A DNA stretch of 64,000 nt, from NCBI RefSeq assembly GCF_006345805.1, contig NC_043001.1:17050001-17114000 (forward strand), given 5' to 3'. Shown here piece after piece: positions 12,434 through 24,433 of the stretch (positions within the stretch are counted from its first letter, which is position 1; each line of letters starts with the position of its first letter). The DNA is from Octopus sinensis. Lineage: Eukaryota. Under the pieces are notes generated by a model. The model saw nothing but the letters and a program-made list of their open reading frames with translations, was not told the DNA's origin and ran no database searches. Position numbers and translations under genes: made by a program.

Positions 12434-12793
12434 CTAAAAAAACATACCTGTTGTCATAGGTGCCCTGGAATGATAGCAAAAGGGGATGATAACTACCTAT
12501 CAGATACCAGGAAACCCCAAAATGGCAAAATTCAAAAGATAGTGCTCATGGGAACTGCTCATATCCTACGCAAAATACTTTCTATGTAATCTCAAGGTTT
12601 AAAACAAACATTTTATTTTATTTTATTTTATTTTATTTTATTTTTTTTAGACATCCACCAGTACAACACAAACAACAACCAAATATATGGCACACTAGGC
12701 ATAACAACAACATGAACTTCCAACCTGTTGTCTCTTGAGGTCTCCGGGTAAGACTTGGAGCCAACTTGTACAAATATAAAGCAAAAGTCAAAC

Positions 12794-12795
<2 letters not shown>
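12434..12795 (+). mobile_element. 5'-truncated R4/Dong-clade LINE (3' end)
   Basis: IPVVIGAL..IPGNPK..KIVLMGTAHILRKILSM plus a 3' UTR nearly identical to the next copy; flanked by (TAA)n. Confidence 0.8.
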
Positions 12796-12862
<67 letters not shown>

Positions 12863-12864
<2 letters not shown>

Positions 12865-13635
12865 TGTATGCAAGCAACAAAATGAAACCATTGACCATGT
12901 GGTCTCCAAGTGCAGTCTTCTAGCGCTACAGAGTATCTCAACAGGCACGATAGAGCTGCACAATATATTCATGGGTAATCTGTAAAAACCTGGATTTGCC
13001 CCATGAAAAAAAATGGTGGAACACAAACCACCCCCCAGTGCTTGAAAATGACCACATCTCACTCCTCTGGAACTTCACCATTCAAACTGACAGGAAGATA
13101 GATGCAAATAGGCCAGACATCATATTGAAAGACTTCAAACAAAGAACATGCCTCCTCATTGATATGACTGTCCCAATCGATTATAAAGTATCTGTCAGGA
13201 CCTACCAAAAACTGAGCAAATATAAAGATCTTGAAATAGAAATCAGCAAAATGTGGAAGCTGAAGACTAAAACAATACCTGTTGTCATAGGTGCCCTGGG
13301 AATGATAGCAAAAGGGGCTGATAGCTACTAACTCAGATACCAGGAAACCCAAAAATGGCAGAAGTTCAAAAGATAGTGCTCATGGGAACTGCTCATATCC
13401 TACGCAAAATACTCCTCTATGTACCCTCAAGGTTTAAAACAACCATAATTTCGGTTTTAAAAAAAAAAAAAAAAAAAACTTTCTTTTTTTTTAGACATCA
13501 TTAGTACAACATCCCACCCCCCAAATATATGGCCACTAGGCATAACAACAACATGAACTTCCAACCCTGTTGTCTCTTGAGGTCTCTGGGGGGACTTGGA
13601 GCCAACTTGTACAAATATAAAGCAAAAGTCAAAAG
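12863..13635 (+). mobile_element. 5'-truncated R4/Dong-clade LINE with CCHC knuckle and restriction-like endonuclease
   Basis: Frameshifted VCKQQNETIDHVVSKC...RHD...LWNFTIQTDRKIDANRPDIIL...LIDMTVP...QKLSKYKDL, a PD-(D/E)xK RLE pattern; flanked by (TAA)n. Confidence 0.85.
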
Positions 13636-13721
13636 AATAATAATAAAATACATAATAATAATATAATAATAATAATATAATAATAATAAATAATATATAA
13701 TAACAACAACAACAACAACAT

Positions 13722-14260
13722 ATTCACAGACACAACAGAGTTTGGACCTACATACACTGGAAGCTATGCCAACACTATGGAATAACAACAGAAAAAAGAT
13801 GGTATAAGCACACGCCAGAAAAGGTTACAGAAAACGAAAAAGCATCCTTACTATGGGATATATCAATACAAACAAATAAAGAAATTAAGGCCAATAGGCC
13901 AGATATAGTTGTCAGAGATCATGAAGAAAAAAAATGCTTTCTAATTGATGTATCAATATCAGCAGACGACAACGTTTCTCGAAAAGAAATGGAGAATCTT
14001 TCAAAATACAAAGACCTGGAAATAGAGGTAACTCGAATGTGGAATCTGAAAACAGATACAATTCCTATCATAGTGGGCGCATTAGGTATGATAAAAAATA
14101 TTCAGATAAATACATAACAAAAACACCAGGACTTAAAAATATATATAACATACAGAAAATTGCACTACTGGGCTCTGCACACATCCTACGCAAAACATTT
14201 TCAATACAGTTACCATCAGAGCATCACAGCAAACCACAGCACATACCCAAGGCACACAGG
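13722..14260 (+). mobile_element. Second R4/Dong family, 5'-truncated
   Basis: RHNRVWTYIHWKLCQHYG...LLWDISIQTNKEIKANRPDIVV...LIDVSI...LSKYKDLEIEVTRMW...IVGALG, then a frameshift to KIALLGSAHILRKTFS. Preceded by (TAA/CAA)n. Confidence 0.85.
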
Positions 14261-14401
14261 CTAAATAGCGGTGGTGTGATTCCCTTTACGGGACTGTCAC
14301 GTTGAGTTGAGAGTATACAACCACTATATCGCCCCACCACCGCTCATGTCTCTCTGAGACATTTAGAAATCCAATATTTCTAATACATATATATATATAT
14401 A

Positions 14402-14695
14402 TATATCACGTGATCACGTGACCGACCAGACCATCAGATGTTGTTACACATCGCTGGTCACAATGCGTTCGCATTGTTTTAGCCTTCGAATGACGCCACC
14501 CCGCTGGTTAAGCGAGCAAGCCAACAGAAGAAAGAGTGGGAGAAGAGTGGTGAAAGAGTACAGCAGGGATCACCATCACCCCCTGCCGAGGCCTCGTGGA
14601 GCTTTTAGGTGTTTTCGCTCAATAACACACACAACGCCCGGTCTGGGAATCGAAACCGCGATCTGCGACCGCGAGTCCGCTGCCATTGCGCCTCC

Positions 14696-14697
<2 letters not shown>
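14402..14697 (-). mobile_element. SINE family C head with alternative tail 2
   Basis: Family C head and body, then CTTCTGTTGG...ACATCTGATGGTCTGGTCGGTCACGTGATCACGTGAT. Confidence 0.8.
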
Positions 14698-14759
<62 letters not shown>

Positions 14760-15555
14760 TATACATGTGGTGTGTGTGTGGTGTGTGTGTGTGTGTGTAC
14801 ATGAGCAACTAAACCACCATAACCCCAGATACCAAGAACCCTTAAACAATGGCATTTTAGAAACATCAAAACACAAGATATAAATAGTTCAAACTCAACA
14901 AGAGCAGCAAACGAATGTATACTTTATCAGCTGCCTAACGGATATCTTTATGGTTTAAACACCTGGGCAGTTTCATTCAATCCCGCGATGTCAACAGTAT
15001 TAAAAATATAAACATTATTTAGTAATCCACAGACAAGGAACTCTATATCCAGTACATCTGCACCTAGTTCTTGTTACAAATACAAACATCAAATTTAAAT
15101 ACACACACACATTCTACAATATTATACGAGCACGTGTCTGTGCACGTGTGAATGAGTGCGTATGTGTATAATACACATACGCACTCATTCACACGTGCAC
15201 AGACATACACACACAAGTACAATGTCTTTATGCTTCTCTACTTTGCTCACTTGATATTATCTTGTTTTCACATGAGGATTGCTCCTTGATTGCAAAAACA
15301 TAACGTTCGCTGTGTGATGTGATAGAACGATCACAAATTGAAGAGAGGCTACACGTCTACACTTTCCGTCGAAATTGGTATTAATTTCCTGGAACGAAAG
15401 ACATGCTTAACTATTTTTGTTAGGACAGTGTTTATGCCGCAGATTTTTTTGCATGAGACACCTTTAAGTAGAATACGAGATATTGTTTAACAAGTAAGCA
15501 TGTGCTAAACCACGTTTCTGACGCTCTACAGGACACAGGAACAGTTCTTGTTTAT

Positions 15556-16140
15556 AAGGCGGCGAGCTGGCAGAAAAGTTAGCACGCCGGGCGAAATGCT
15601 TAGCGGTATTTCGTCTGCCGTTACGTTCTTAGTTCAAATTCCACCGAGGTCGACTTTGCCTTTCTTCCTTTCGGCGTCGATAAATTAAGCACCAGTTACG
15701 CACTGGGGTCGATATAATCGACTTAATCCTTTTGTCTGTCCTTGTTTGTTCCCTATGTGTTTAGCCTCCTGTGGGTAATAAAGAAACAGGTATTTCGCGT
15801 GCCGTTACGTTCTGAGTTCAAATTCAGCCGAAGTCGACTTTGCCTTTCATCCTTTCGGGGTCAATAAATTAAGTACCAGTTACGCACTGGGGTTGGTATA
15901 ATCGTCTTAATCCGTTTGTCTGTCCTTGTTTGTTCCCTCTGTGTTTAGCCTCTTGTGGGCAGTAAAGAAATAGATATTTCGTTTGCCGTTACGTTCTGAG
16001 TTCAAATTCAGCCGAGGTCGACCTTGCCTTTCATCCTTTCAGGGTCGATAAATTAAGTACCAGTTAATCGACTTAAACCCTTTGTCTGTCCTTGTTTGTC
16101 CCCTCTATGTTTAGCCCCTTGTAGGCAATAAAGAAATAAG
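15556..16140 (+). mobile_element. SINE family A trimer with TSD
   Basis: Head plus 3 bodies, flanked by AGGAACAGTT(C/T)TTGTTT at 15537-15553 and 16139-16155. Confidence 0.9.
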
Positions 16141-16534
16141 GAACAGTTTTTGTTTTAGTTACTGTTTAATGAAAAATTCCCGGGAACTTTTCCCGTGAAG
16201 CCAATAAATAAATGAGAACAACTACACGTTCTGACATAGATAATAACATCTTTAGGATATTCATGCTGCTCTTAGTAAAGATGATGGCACGATAGCAAAT
16301 GGCGAGTTATTTTTTTTTATCGTTGATCAAAGAATCTCGGATTAATATATTTTCAACTCTCAACTTAGCTTCGTTTAATTTGAAGAATGTAAACGTTCTG
16401 AGTGAATCTGTGCACCCATATTCACAATAAACAAACTAGAAAGTTGACAGAAGTAAATAAAGTAGATCCCAGTCTAATTTGATTGTTGACTCGTAGACAA
16501 AAATCAATGCGCAGAATTGATTATTCTGCAGATG

Positions 16535-16619
16535 GAACCGCTAAGTTACGGGGACGTAAATATACCAGCATCGATTGTCAAGCGATGTTGCGGGGACAAA
16601 CACAGACACACAAACATAT

Positions 16620-16652
<33 letters not shown>

Positions 16653-16820
16653 CAAATATATACGTCGAGCTTCTTTTAGTTTCCGTCTACCAAATCCACT
16701 CACAAGACTTTGGTCGGCTCGAGGCTATAGTAGAAGACACTTGCCCAAGGTGCCACGCAGTGGGACTGAACCCGGAACCATGTGGTTCGTAAGCAAGCTA
16801 CTTACCACACAGCCACTCCT
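16535..16820 (-). mobile_element. SINE family B, lacking the tail
   Basis: Reverse-complement match to the family B consensus. Confidence 0.85.
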
Positions 16821-17544
16821 ACATGTACTTTTCTAAAATAAATATGCATTTACTTCTTGAAACCTCATTTAATTATTGAACATCTATAGTATTGATACTA
16901 ATATATATTCTTATAAAATTACTGCTGGCAAAATATAGACCACCCACTATCATTTACGAAGTTCAAAGGAAACAATGGACTTTGTTTTTCTATCTCTAGC
17001 GTTTGCACAAAGACTATTCAGACATCCAACAGAGAAGTATCCATGAGAGATGCATGTTTCTTCTTACTGTTATCCGACCACCTTTAGAGCCAGGTTGATT
17101 TATATTAACAGCTGAAATATCTATAGTCGTATTTATGATTTTTAGAATTTACAAAATCAATTTTCTTTCTCAGGAAATACATGTACATATTTCTCATTCG
17201 AGAAACAATTTCTTTCTATAATAAGTATTAATTTTTCATCAAAGTATGTAAAGGTGAATGTACGCATGTCTATGCAGCCAAGAAAACATGAAATGAAAGA
17301 AACAAAATAACGATGTCGATTTTACAGATACGAAATTTCACTGAGAACCACAAGGTTACAAGATCGATTTCGGAAATGGAGCAAAAAAAATTATTTTAAT
17401 TAGCAGATTGTGCTAGAAAGTAGCCCCAAATAAATCAATAAAGAAGTATACATGCATACATATACACATAAATATACACACATGCAAGTGTACATTCATA
17501 AATACACATGCATATATTCACACGTACATGCATACATACATACA

Positions 17545-17820
17545 TGTTGTTGGCATCCTTTTGTCTCGAGAGACAATGGAGTTGCGCATAAACTAATCCA
17601 GTCATGGTTTTTACATTTCATGTCCTCGCCAGTTTTGCGGAGGCCTGGGCTAGATGTAAGAAAACCCTGGGCAGCCCAGTCGTCAGGATTCCTTTCTCGA
17701 CCTTGCTGACGTAGTCCAAAGGAATGCAGAGCATTACATTTGGCACCAGATTGGTTGCAGGAGCTGCCGGAAGAGTGTCGAGTCGAACACTAAACCGCCT
17801 ACGGGGCTCCACTCCGGATT
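17545..17820 (+). mobile_element. RTE-clade 5' UTR-like fragment
   Basis: GGCATCCTTTTGTCTCGAGAGACAATGG...GCAGAGCATTACATTTGGCACCAG..GCAGGAGCTGCCGGAAG resembles RTE-1/BovB-like 5' ends as I recall them (unverified). Confidence 0.45.
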
Positions 17821-17827
17821 TCTTTGA

Positions 17828-17874
<47 letters not shown>

Positions 17875-17877
17875 CTT

Positions 17878-18132
17878 AAATCTTATCCTTAAAAATGTTT
17901 CAGTCCGAATGCTACGGCCATGCTGGGGCACCACCGTTGAATGAGCTACACTAATTTGTGAAACCACCTCTGATATGTGGCACTTGATCAACAAGGGAGT
18001 TCGATGCCTCTGCCCGCATCTGTGTTTCCTGCCGAGAGGTAGGTTCATCTGGGACCGCCGACAAGAGATCCAGTTTAGTTTTCACGAAACCCACATCCAC
18101 ACCATGCAGGTCTCTCAGGCATTTAGGGAGGA
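17878..18132 (-). mobile_element. CR1/L2-group LINE 3' end
   Basis: LPKCLRDLHGVDVGFVKTKLDLLSAVPDEPTSRQETQMRAEASNSLVDQ, then tail GGTGGTGCCCCAGCATGGCCG. Confidence 0.75.
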
Positions 18133-18156
18133 TGTGGTCCTATATATATATATATT

Positions 18157-18220
<64 letters not shown>

Positions 18221-18223
18221 TGT

Positions 18224-18275
<52 letters not shown>

Positions 18276-18372
18276 ATAACGATTTCTTGTAGCTAATGTA
18301 GTAGAAAATTAATATGACAATCAATAGTGTAATTATCGTTCAAAAATTAAATTTTAATTTAGAAAATAAATT

Positions 18373-18570
18373 AAGGTGGCGAGCTGGCAGAATCGTTTGC
18401 ATAGCGGCATTTCTTTCGTCGCTGCGTTCCGAGTTCAAATTTCACCGTGGTCGACTTAGCCTTTCATCTTTTCGGGGTCAAGTACCAGCTGAGTACTGTG
18501 GGTCGATGTAATCGACTACGCCAACCCCTCCCCCGAAATTGCTGGACTTGTGCCAAAATTTGAAACCAAT
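18373..18570 (+). mobile_element. SINE family A, short-tail variant
   Basis: Head and core, then CCCGAAATTGCTGGACTTGTGCCAAAATTTGAAAC. Confidence 0.8.
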
Positions 18571-19374
18571 AAAGAAAACAGATTAAATTGAAAAAAAAAT
18601 CTAACAGATAGCTCAGCCTGGGAACTTATGATTCCAAACGACATCTTCAGAATGCAGTGAACACTTTTGTATACACAAATGATTGTAATTTTCTCTTGCC
18701 ACTTAAAAAGACATAAATTTATAGAAACCCAGACATACACGCGGATCTTAAAAGAATAAAGCAAATACCTTTAAAAGACACTGTACGTGAGCATGATAAA
18801 GAGTTAGAAGTGGAATAAAAAATGGATTTAACATTTATATTATTCGTAAACACAACGTCGGTTTTTTTTCTTTTATTCAGTTTCTGCATTTGAATAAAAA
18901 CTAGCAATTTTATATTCCAGCATAAAGTTGCCCTATTTATATTTCAGGTTTTAAATCTACAAAATCAATTTCCGTTTATATGAATTACACATTTTTAATA
19001 CACACACAGACACACACATCTTTTGTTCTTATCATTTGCTTGTTTCAATCGTCTTAATGCAGCTATGCTTTATACATGCACACACACACGCACACACACA
19101 CACTCATAAACACACACACACACACACATATATAATATATTATATATATATATATTATTCACACACGCAGAGATACACGCACAGATACACACACATGTAT
19201 ACACACGCAAACATAAATAGGCAGTTAATACTAATACACAATACGATTGGTGGAAATTTTCTCTTGCACATTACATATATATACACACATGTATACACAC
19301 ATATATACACACAAATATATATATTAATTATATTATATTATATATATATATATAATATAATATATACATGCATA

Positions 19375-19437
<63 letters not shown>

Positions 19438-19448
19438 TATATATATAC

Positions 19449-19493
<45 letters not shown>

Positions 19494-19710
19494 AATATAT
19501 AAAATGTGAAATAGAAAGATGAATAATCTTGTAGTAGATTAATCAAAAGTTTAACCGATACCTTAGTAGCAAAAATCACAGCAGTAAACAGCACGGTTGG
19601 AGGTACAACCATATGGTGTTGCAACCGTGCGTTGGTGCGGATAATTGAATTAAAACATTATTGGTGAATTGAAGAAATGGAGCTGAACGCAGATTGAACA
19701 GAAATCGTTT

Positions 19711-19804
19711 TATTTCATTCTACACGTGTTTCGAAAGGCACAAATTACCAAAATCCGATTGAATAATGGGACCATATTGTGTCTTTCTCTTCAGGAAGAA
19801 AATA
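19711..19804 (-). ncRNA. Type I hammerhead ribozyme motif with long stem II
   Basis: TATTTTCTTC-CTGAAGA-GAAAGACACAA..TTGTGCCTTTC-GAAA-CACGTG-TA-GAATGAAATA; stem III is a palindrome. Confidence 0.7.
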
Positions 19805-20388
19805 GGAAATCCGTTGGAAAAACAAAAACAGAACAGAGGCGGAGCAAAAACAAATCGAACTATGTCCTCCAAGAGCCCATGGCGAAACTGTTTATCAGTG
19901 TATGTTGAGAACCGGTGGCTGAAGAATTTAACGGGTCAGGCATCGGTCAATCATGTGGGTGAGGGTGTGTGGGTGTTCTTTGTGACCGAGAATAAAGTTC
20001 TGACTATTTAAGGAATATTGGATGTTTTTAAGGGGCGAGAAAAAATCTACTTAGAGACGTGTGTGTGTGTATACTGTTCTATATATGTGTGTGTTGGCGT
20101 AGGGGTAGAAAACATTTTTTGTGTACGTGTGTGCGTTTGATCGTTCGGCTGTCAGTGGCTACTGCCGCGAGAACCGTTGGGCGGCAGAGAAAAAAAAAAA
20201 TATATATTATGTTTTATGTGTGTGGTGTTCATCTTAGCCTGCCTTGTCAAGGAAACCCCCCGCTGTGAAAAAACCAAGCCCCGTTTGTCTAACAGGAGTA
20301 ATCCCCTTGCAGTGGTAATCGTAGATATCTTAAAGGCTATTTCAGAATTTGTTACAAGGGCTATGGGTGCCGGTATTATTTATAAACG

Positions 20389-20644
20389 CTATTTAAAAGC
20401 CAGATAAGTGTAACGCCGCCAATGGGGGCATCGAAAAGCCGACTGTAAAAGCCCGTTTACCATCCGGCCTCTGGCAAACAAAATATGGAAGAGTTCGGAG
20501 ACACAAAGGTTGCACTGCCTTCTGCCCGTATCAAATGGGAGGGCCACCGACAAAATTGACCATTCCAGCCTGTAGCTTAAGTTCGTATCCTTCAGTCGCC
20601 ATATTAGCTTACTGAGTCCCGTGGTCTGGCGCTTGTTCATGTCC
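20389..20644 (-). pseudogene. PLE GIY-YIG endonuclease C-terminus
   Basis: QTTGLSKLIWRLKDTNLSYRLEWSIL...QCNLCVSELFHILF...CPHWRRY matches the PLE EN pattern T(E/G)LSKxIWxLK...W.I...CxLCxxE...CxH. Confidence 0.75.
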
Positions 20645-21118
20645 CGGGGCTTGGTTTTTTCACAGCGGGGGGTTTCCTTGACAAGGCAGGCTAAGATGAA
20701 CACACACACACATAAAACATAATATATATTTTTTTTTCTGCCACCCAACGGTTCTCGCGGCAGTAGCCACTGACAGCCGAACGATCAAACGCACACACGT
20801 ACACAAAAAATGTTTTCTACCCCTACGCCAACACACACATATATAGAACAGTATACACACACACACGTCTCTAAGTAGATTTTTTCTCGCCCCTTATAAA
20901 ACATCCAATATTCCTTAAATAGTCAGAACTTTATTCTCGGTCACAAAGAACACCCACACACCTCACCCACATGATTGACCGATGCCTGACCCGTTAAATT
21001 CTTCAGCCACCGGTTCTCAACATACACTGATAAACAGTTTCGCCATGGGCTCTTAGGAGCATAGTTCGATTGTTTTTGCTCCGCCTCTGTTCTGTTTTTG
21101 TTTTTCCAACGGATTTCC

Positions 21119-21213
21119 TATTTTCTTCCTGAAAGAAGAAAGACACAATATGGTCCCATTATTCAATCGGATTTTGGTAATTTGTGCCTTTCGAAACACG
21201 TGTAGAATGAAAT
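21119..21213 (+). ncRNA. Hammerhead motif in the right arm, with extra As in the core
   Basis: CTGAAAGAAGAAAGACACAA...TTTCGAAACACGTGTAG, a degenerate copy of the left-arm motif. Confidence 0.45.
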
Positions 21214-21261
21214 AAAACGATTTCTGTTCAATCTGCGTTCAGCTCCATTTCTTCAATTCAC

Positions 21262-21306
<45 letters not shown>

Positions 21307-22395
21307 ACAAAATAGATTCAAAGAACTACAGAAGACTTGTGTTATATGGTTAAAGAATATATTTAAATCGTTATGTTAGGATAGTGTTATAAAATTTCGT
21401 GTAAAATAACATTGTTTTTGGAGAAATAACCGGTTTCGTATTTTCTTTTCATTTGTTTACCGATATTGTGTCATCTCTTCGCTATGAAGTGAAGTATGAA
21501 AGTTCTAGACAGGGGAAGGAAATCATGGATTTTTTCGGTATAAGGAAGATTAATAAAAGATGCTGGGAATGATTAGATTTTATTAATTGAACATGATTTG
21601 GCTTAGAAAAAATAAAATGTCAGAAGTGGTTAAGTTTTGCTTTTTTTATATTATTTTTTTTCAATGAGGTAAGTTTCCTTATTTAAAATTGCTAGAAATG
21701 GTTAGGTTTTGCCTTATATTTTTCAATGAAGCAAGTTTCCTTATTTAATCTAACTTGTGGCACATTGATAAAATGGAAAGATTACAAAGTGTGGTGGCAG
21801 CTGCTTTGCGCATTTCACAATATGTTCACTAATGGGCATCATTCTGTATTCTGGGAATGCAATCTGCTGTCGGTGTAGAGTGCACCTGCGTCTGAGCGAT
21901 AATCCCGTGGACCCTATATTGTTTTGATGGCACCCCGAGCATATATATTCATCGATACGCAGAAAGCGTGAGATATATATTGTTTTATATTCTATTCTTT
22001 TATTATTATCATTGAGTCAGAAAGAGGCATACGCCATCAAAGCGACGCTATACTATGCATGTGTGTATGTATGCATGTATGTATGTATGTATGTATGTAT
22101 GTATGTATGTATGTATGTATGTATGTATGTATGTATGTATGTATGCATGTATGTATGTATATACATGATCACTCTGTTTTTTCAAAACTTCACTACAAAA
22201 GCAATTTCCTTCTACATAAAGTATACATTCTTAAATAGAAATGTATTCAATTTGTTTAAAGTTAGCAGAAAAAGTCGGTTGTTTGGCTAAGAACCTCGTT
22301 TTTATAACCGCGTAGTTTCGTGTTTTATCTTTTGTCCTGCAGCACAAAACCTTGGGAAAATGCCTTTTACTATAGCCTCCACTGAATGCAGAAGC

Positions 22396-22444
<49 letters not shown>

Positions 22445-22445
<1 letters not shown>

Positions 22446-22683
22446 TAATATTAATTCGAGACAAAACCACTATTTTGCAAATCAAACAAGGAAAGACTTA
22501 ATCAATACATAAAAAAGTTTAATATAAAGTAAATAAACCGCCACTACAATTGTTTCATGTCTTCAAATGACATTCGTCAGGTGGATTTCGATCTTCTAAT
22601 CAGTTTTAATTTATGAAGTTTAATTGATAAGTCTTTCCTTGTTTGATTTGCAAAATAGTGGTTTTGTCTCGAATTAATATTAT
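22445..22683. mobile_element. PLE-derived fold-back with ~62-bp arms
   Basis: Arms 22445-22506 and 22623-22683, with a hammerhead in the spacer. A related arm sequence lies at ~9560-9605. Confidence 0.75.
22541..22584 (-). ncRNA. Complete minimal type I hammerhead ribozyme motif
   Basis: CCAC-CTGACGA-ATGTC(ATTTGAA)GACAT-GAAA-CAATTG-TA-GTGG; all three stems pair. Confidence 0.75.
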
Positions 22684-22755
22684 ATAATATTTGACTATAA
22701 AATTGGATTTAATCCTAAATCTGATTTTTTCCCTGTAAATTGGATTTATTCCCAA

Positions 22756-22797
<42 letters not shown>

Positions 22798-23138
22798 ATT
22801 ATATATATATATATATATATGAAAGAAGGTTTGAAAATGCAATTTTAAAAGATGTTTATTCACTTGGCCGGTTTCACTTTTTTAGAAAAAGATTGTCAAA
22901 AGTAATATGTAAAACCTTTGTTGTGTTAGGTACTGATTGTCATATATATATATATATATATATACTCTTACCCTCACCTTGCTTAGCTAATTAAACAATG
23001 GCTTCTTAGCACCAAAGACACACTTCTCATTGTTGTTTTTACTACATTTTCTTATCGTCAATATACACATTAAACTACGATTTACTTTTTATACATTATA
23101 CCAAGGACCATACTTAATGAGGTTATTAACAGGAGTGC

Positions 23139-23503
23139 GTAAGCCTAGTACTTATTCTATCGCTAAGTTACAGTGACGTGAACACACCAGCATCGGTTGT
23201 CAATCGATGTTGGGGGGACAAACACAGACACACAAACATGCACACACACACACATACATACATACATACATACATACATACATACATACATACATACATA
23301 CATACATACATACATACATACATACATACAAATATATACGATGGGCTTCTTTCAGTTTCTGTCTACCAAATCCACTCACAAGGCTTTGGTCGGCCCGAGG
23401 CTATAGTAGAAGACACTTGCCCAAGGTGCCACGCAGTGGGACTGAACCCGGAACCATGTGGTTGGTAACCAAGCTACTTACCACACAGCCACTCCTACGC
23501 CTA
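23139..23503 (-). mobile_element. SINE family B with internal (CATA)n
   Basis: Reverse-complement match to the family B consensus. Confidence 0.85.
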
Positions 23504-24127
23504 TAAGCAGTTAGCAAGTTGGCTTCTTATACAAACAATATTCGAAGAAGGGCAACGAGTCATGTCCTGCGCATTCAGTAGCGAAAATTTCAGGACAAAC
23601 AGATATCGGTTGTCAAAGAAATAACAGGGTCTTTCGTGGAGAAGGATGCTATTTGAGAGACTTTCGGTTGCTATTTCTAGTAGAGTAACCCACCGCATAA
23701 AAATTTCTCGGAGGGAAGTTGTTCGAAAAAATGTATACACTAAGGCGATATCTAACGTTTAATGAAACAATAGGCTTCTAGTTCTCAGCAAAGCATGTGA
23801 TGTTTGTGATATCGTATATCGCCAAAGATTAAATTACACTTTGGAACTGAGGCTACAATGGGACAGATAAAATAAAGCGTACAAATATCCACGATTAAGT
23901 ATCATTTCATGAATTGTGTTACAGTTTCATATATACATCAGAAACAAGAAATTTAGGCATGATACAAATGAACAAATATACATGTCCACATATCAATATA
24001 TCCAAATGTTAACGAGTATTATTGTCATGTTATTGTGTTACAATTCCATATATACATCACGAATAAGCAAGATAAGATCACCACAAATGTACGATATATA
24101 TATATATAATATTATATATATATATTA

Positions 24128-24173
<46 letters not shown>

Positions 24174-24247
24174 TTATTAAGAATTTTTTGCGTAATGAGA
24201 AAAAAACCAAGGCTGTGTATGCATATATATAGATATATATACATACA

Positions 24248-24433
24248 TAGATCGTTAGCCGTTACATACATTTTTTCTCTTGTTTCTATCTTTTTTTTTC
24301 TCTTTTTTCTCTCTCCTTGTATTTTCTCTGTCCATTTCTGTAGAAAGAGAAGAGCGTAGCTCGAAACTTTAAAAGAGTCTTTTCTATTCCTGAGCATCAC
24401 CTGTCTTCATCTTTTGTTTTTTTCGTAAACTCT

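Larger units (their letters stand above)
19497..21268 (-). mobile_element. 5'-truncated Penelope-like element with inverted pseudo-LTR (1.6-kb palindrome)
   Basis: Arms 19657-20283 and 20645-21268 are nearly identical inverted copies. The spacer encodes a GIY-YIG C-terminal region. (TA)n lies on both sides. Confidence 0.85.

Noticed and set aside
15556-16140. CRISPR-like array or hammerhead retrozyme in the 175-bp tandem units
   Set aside because: The DNA is eukaryotic, the units have no unique spacers, and neither strand has a CUGANGA/GAAA core.
20971-21020. SECIS element in the pseudo-LTR (ATGA followed by a hairpin)
   Set aside because: There is no 3' GA to form the kink-turn quartet and no correctly spaced apical AA.
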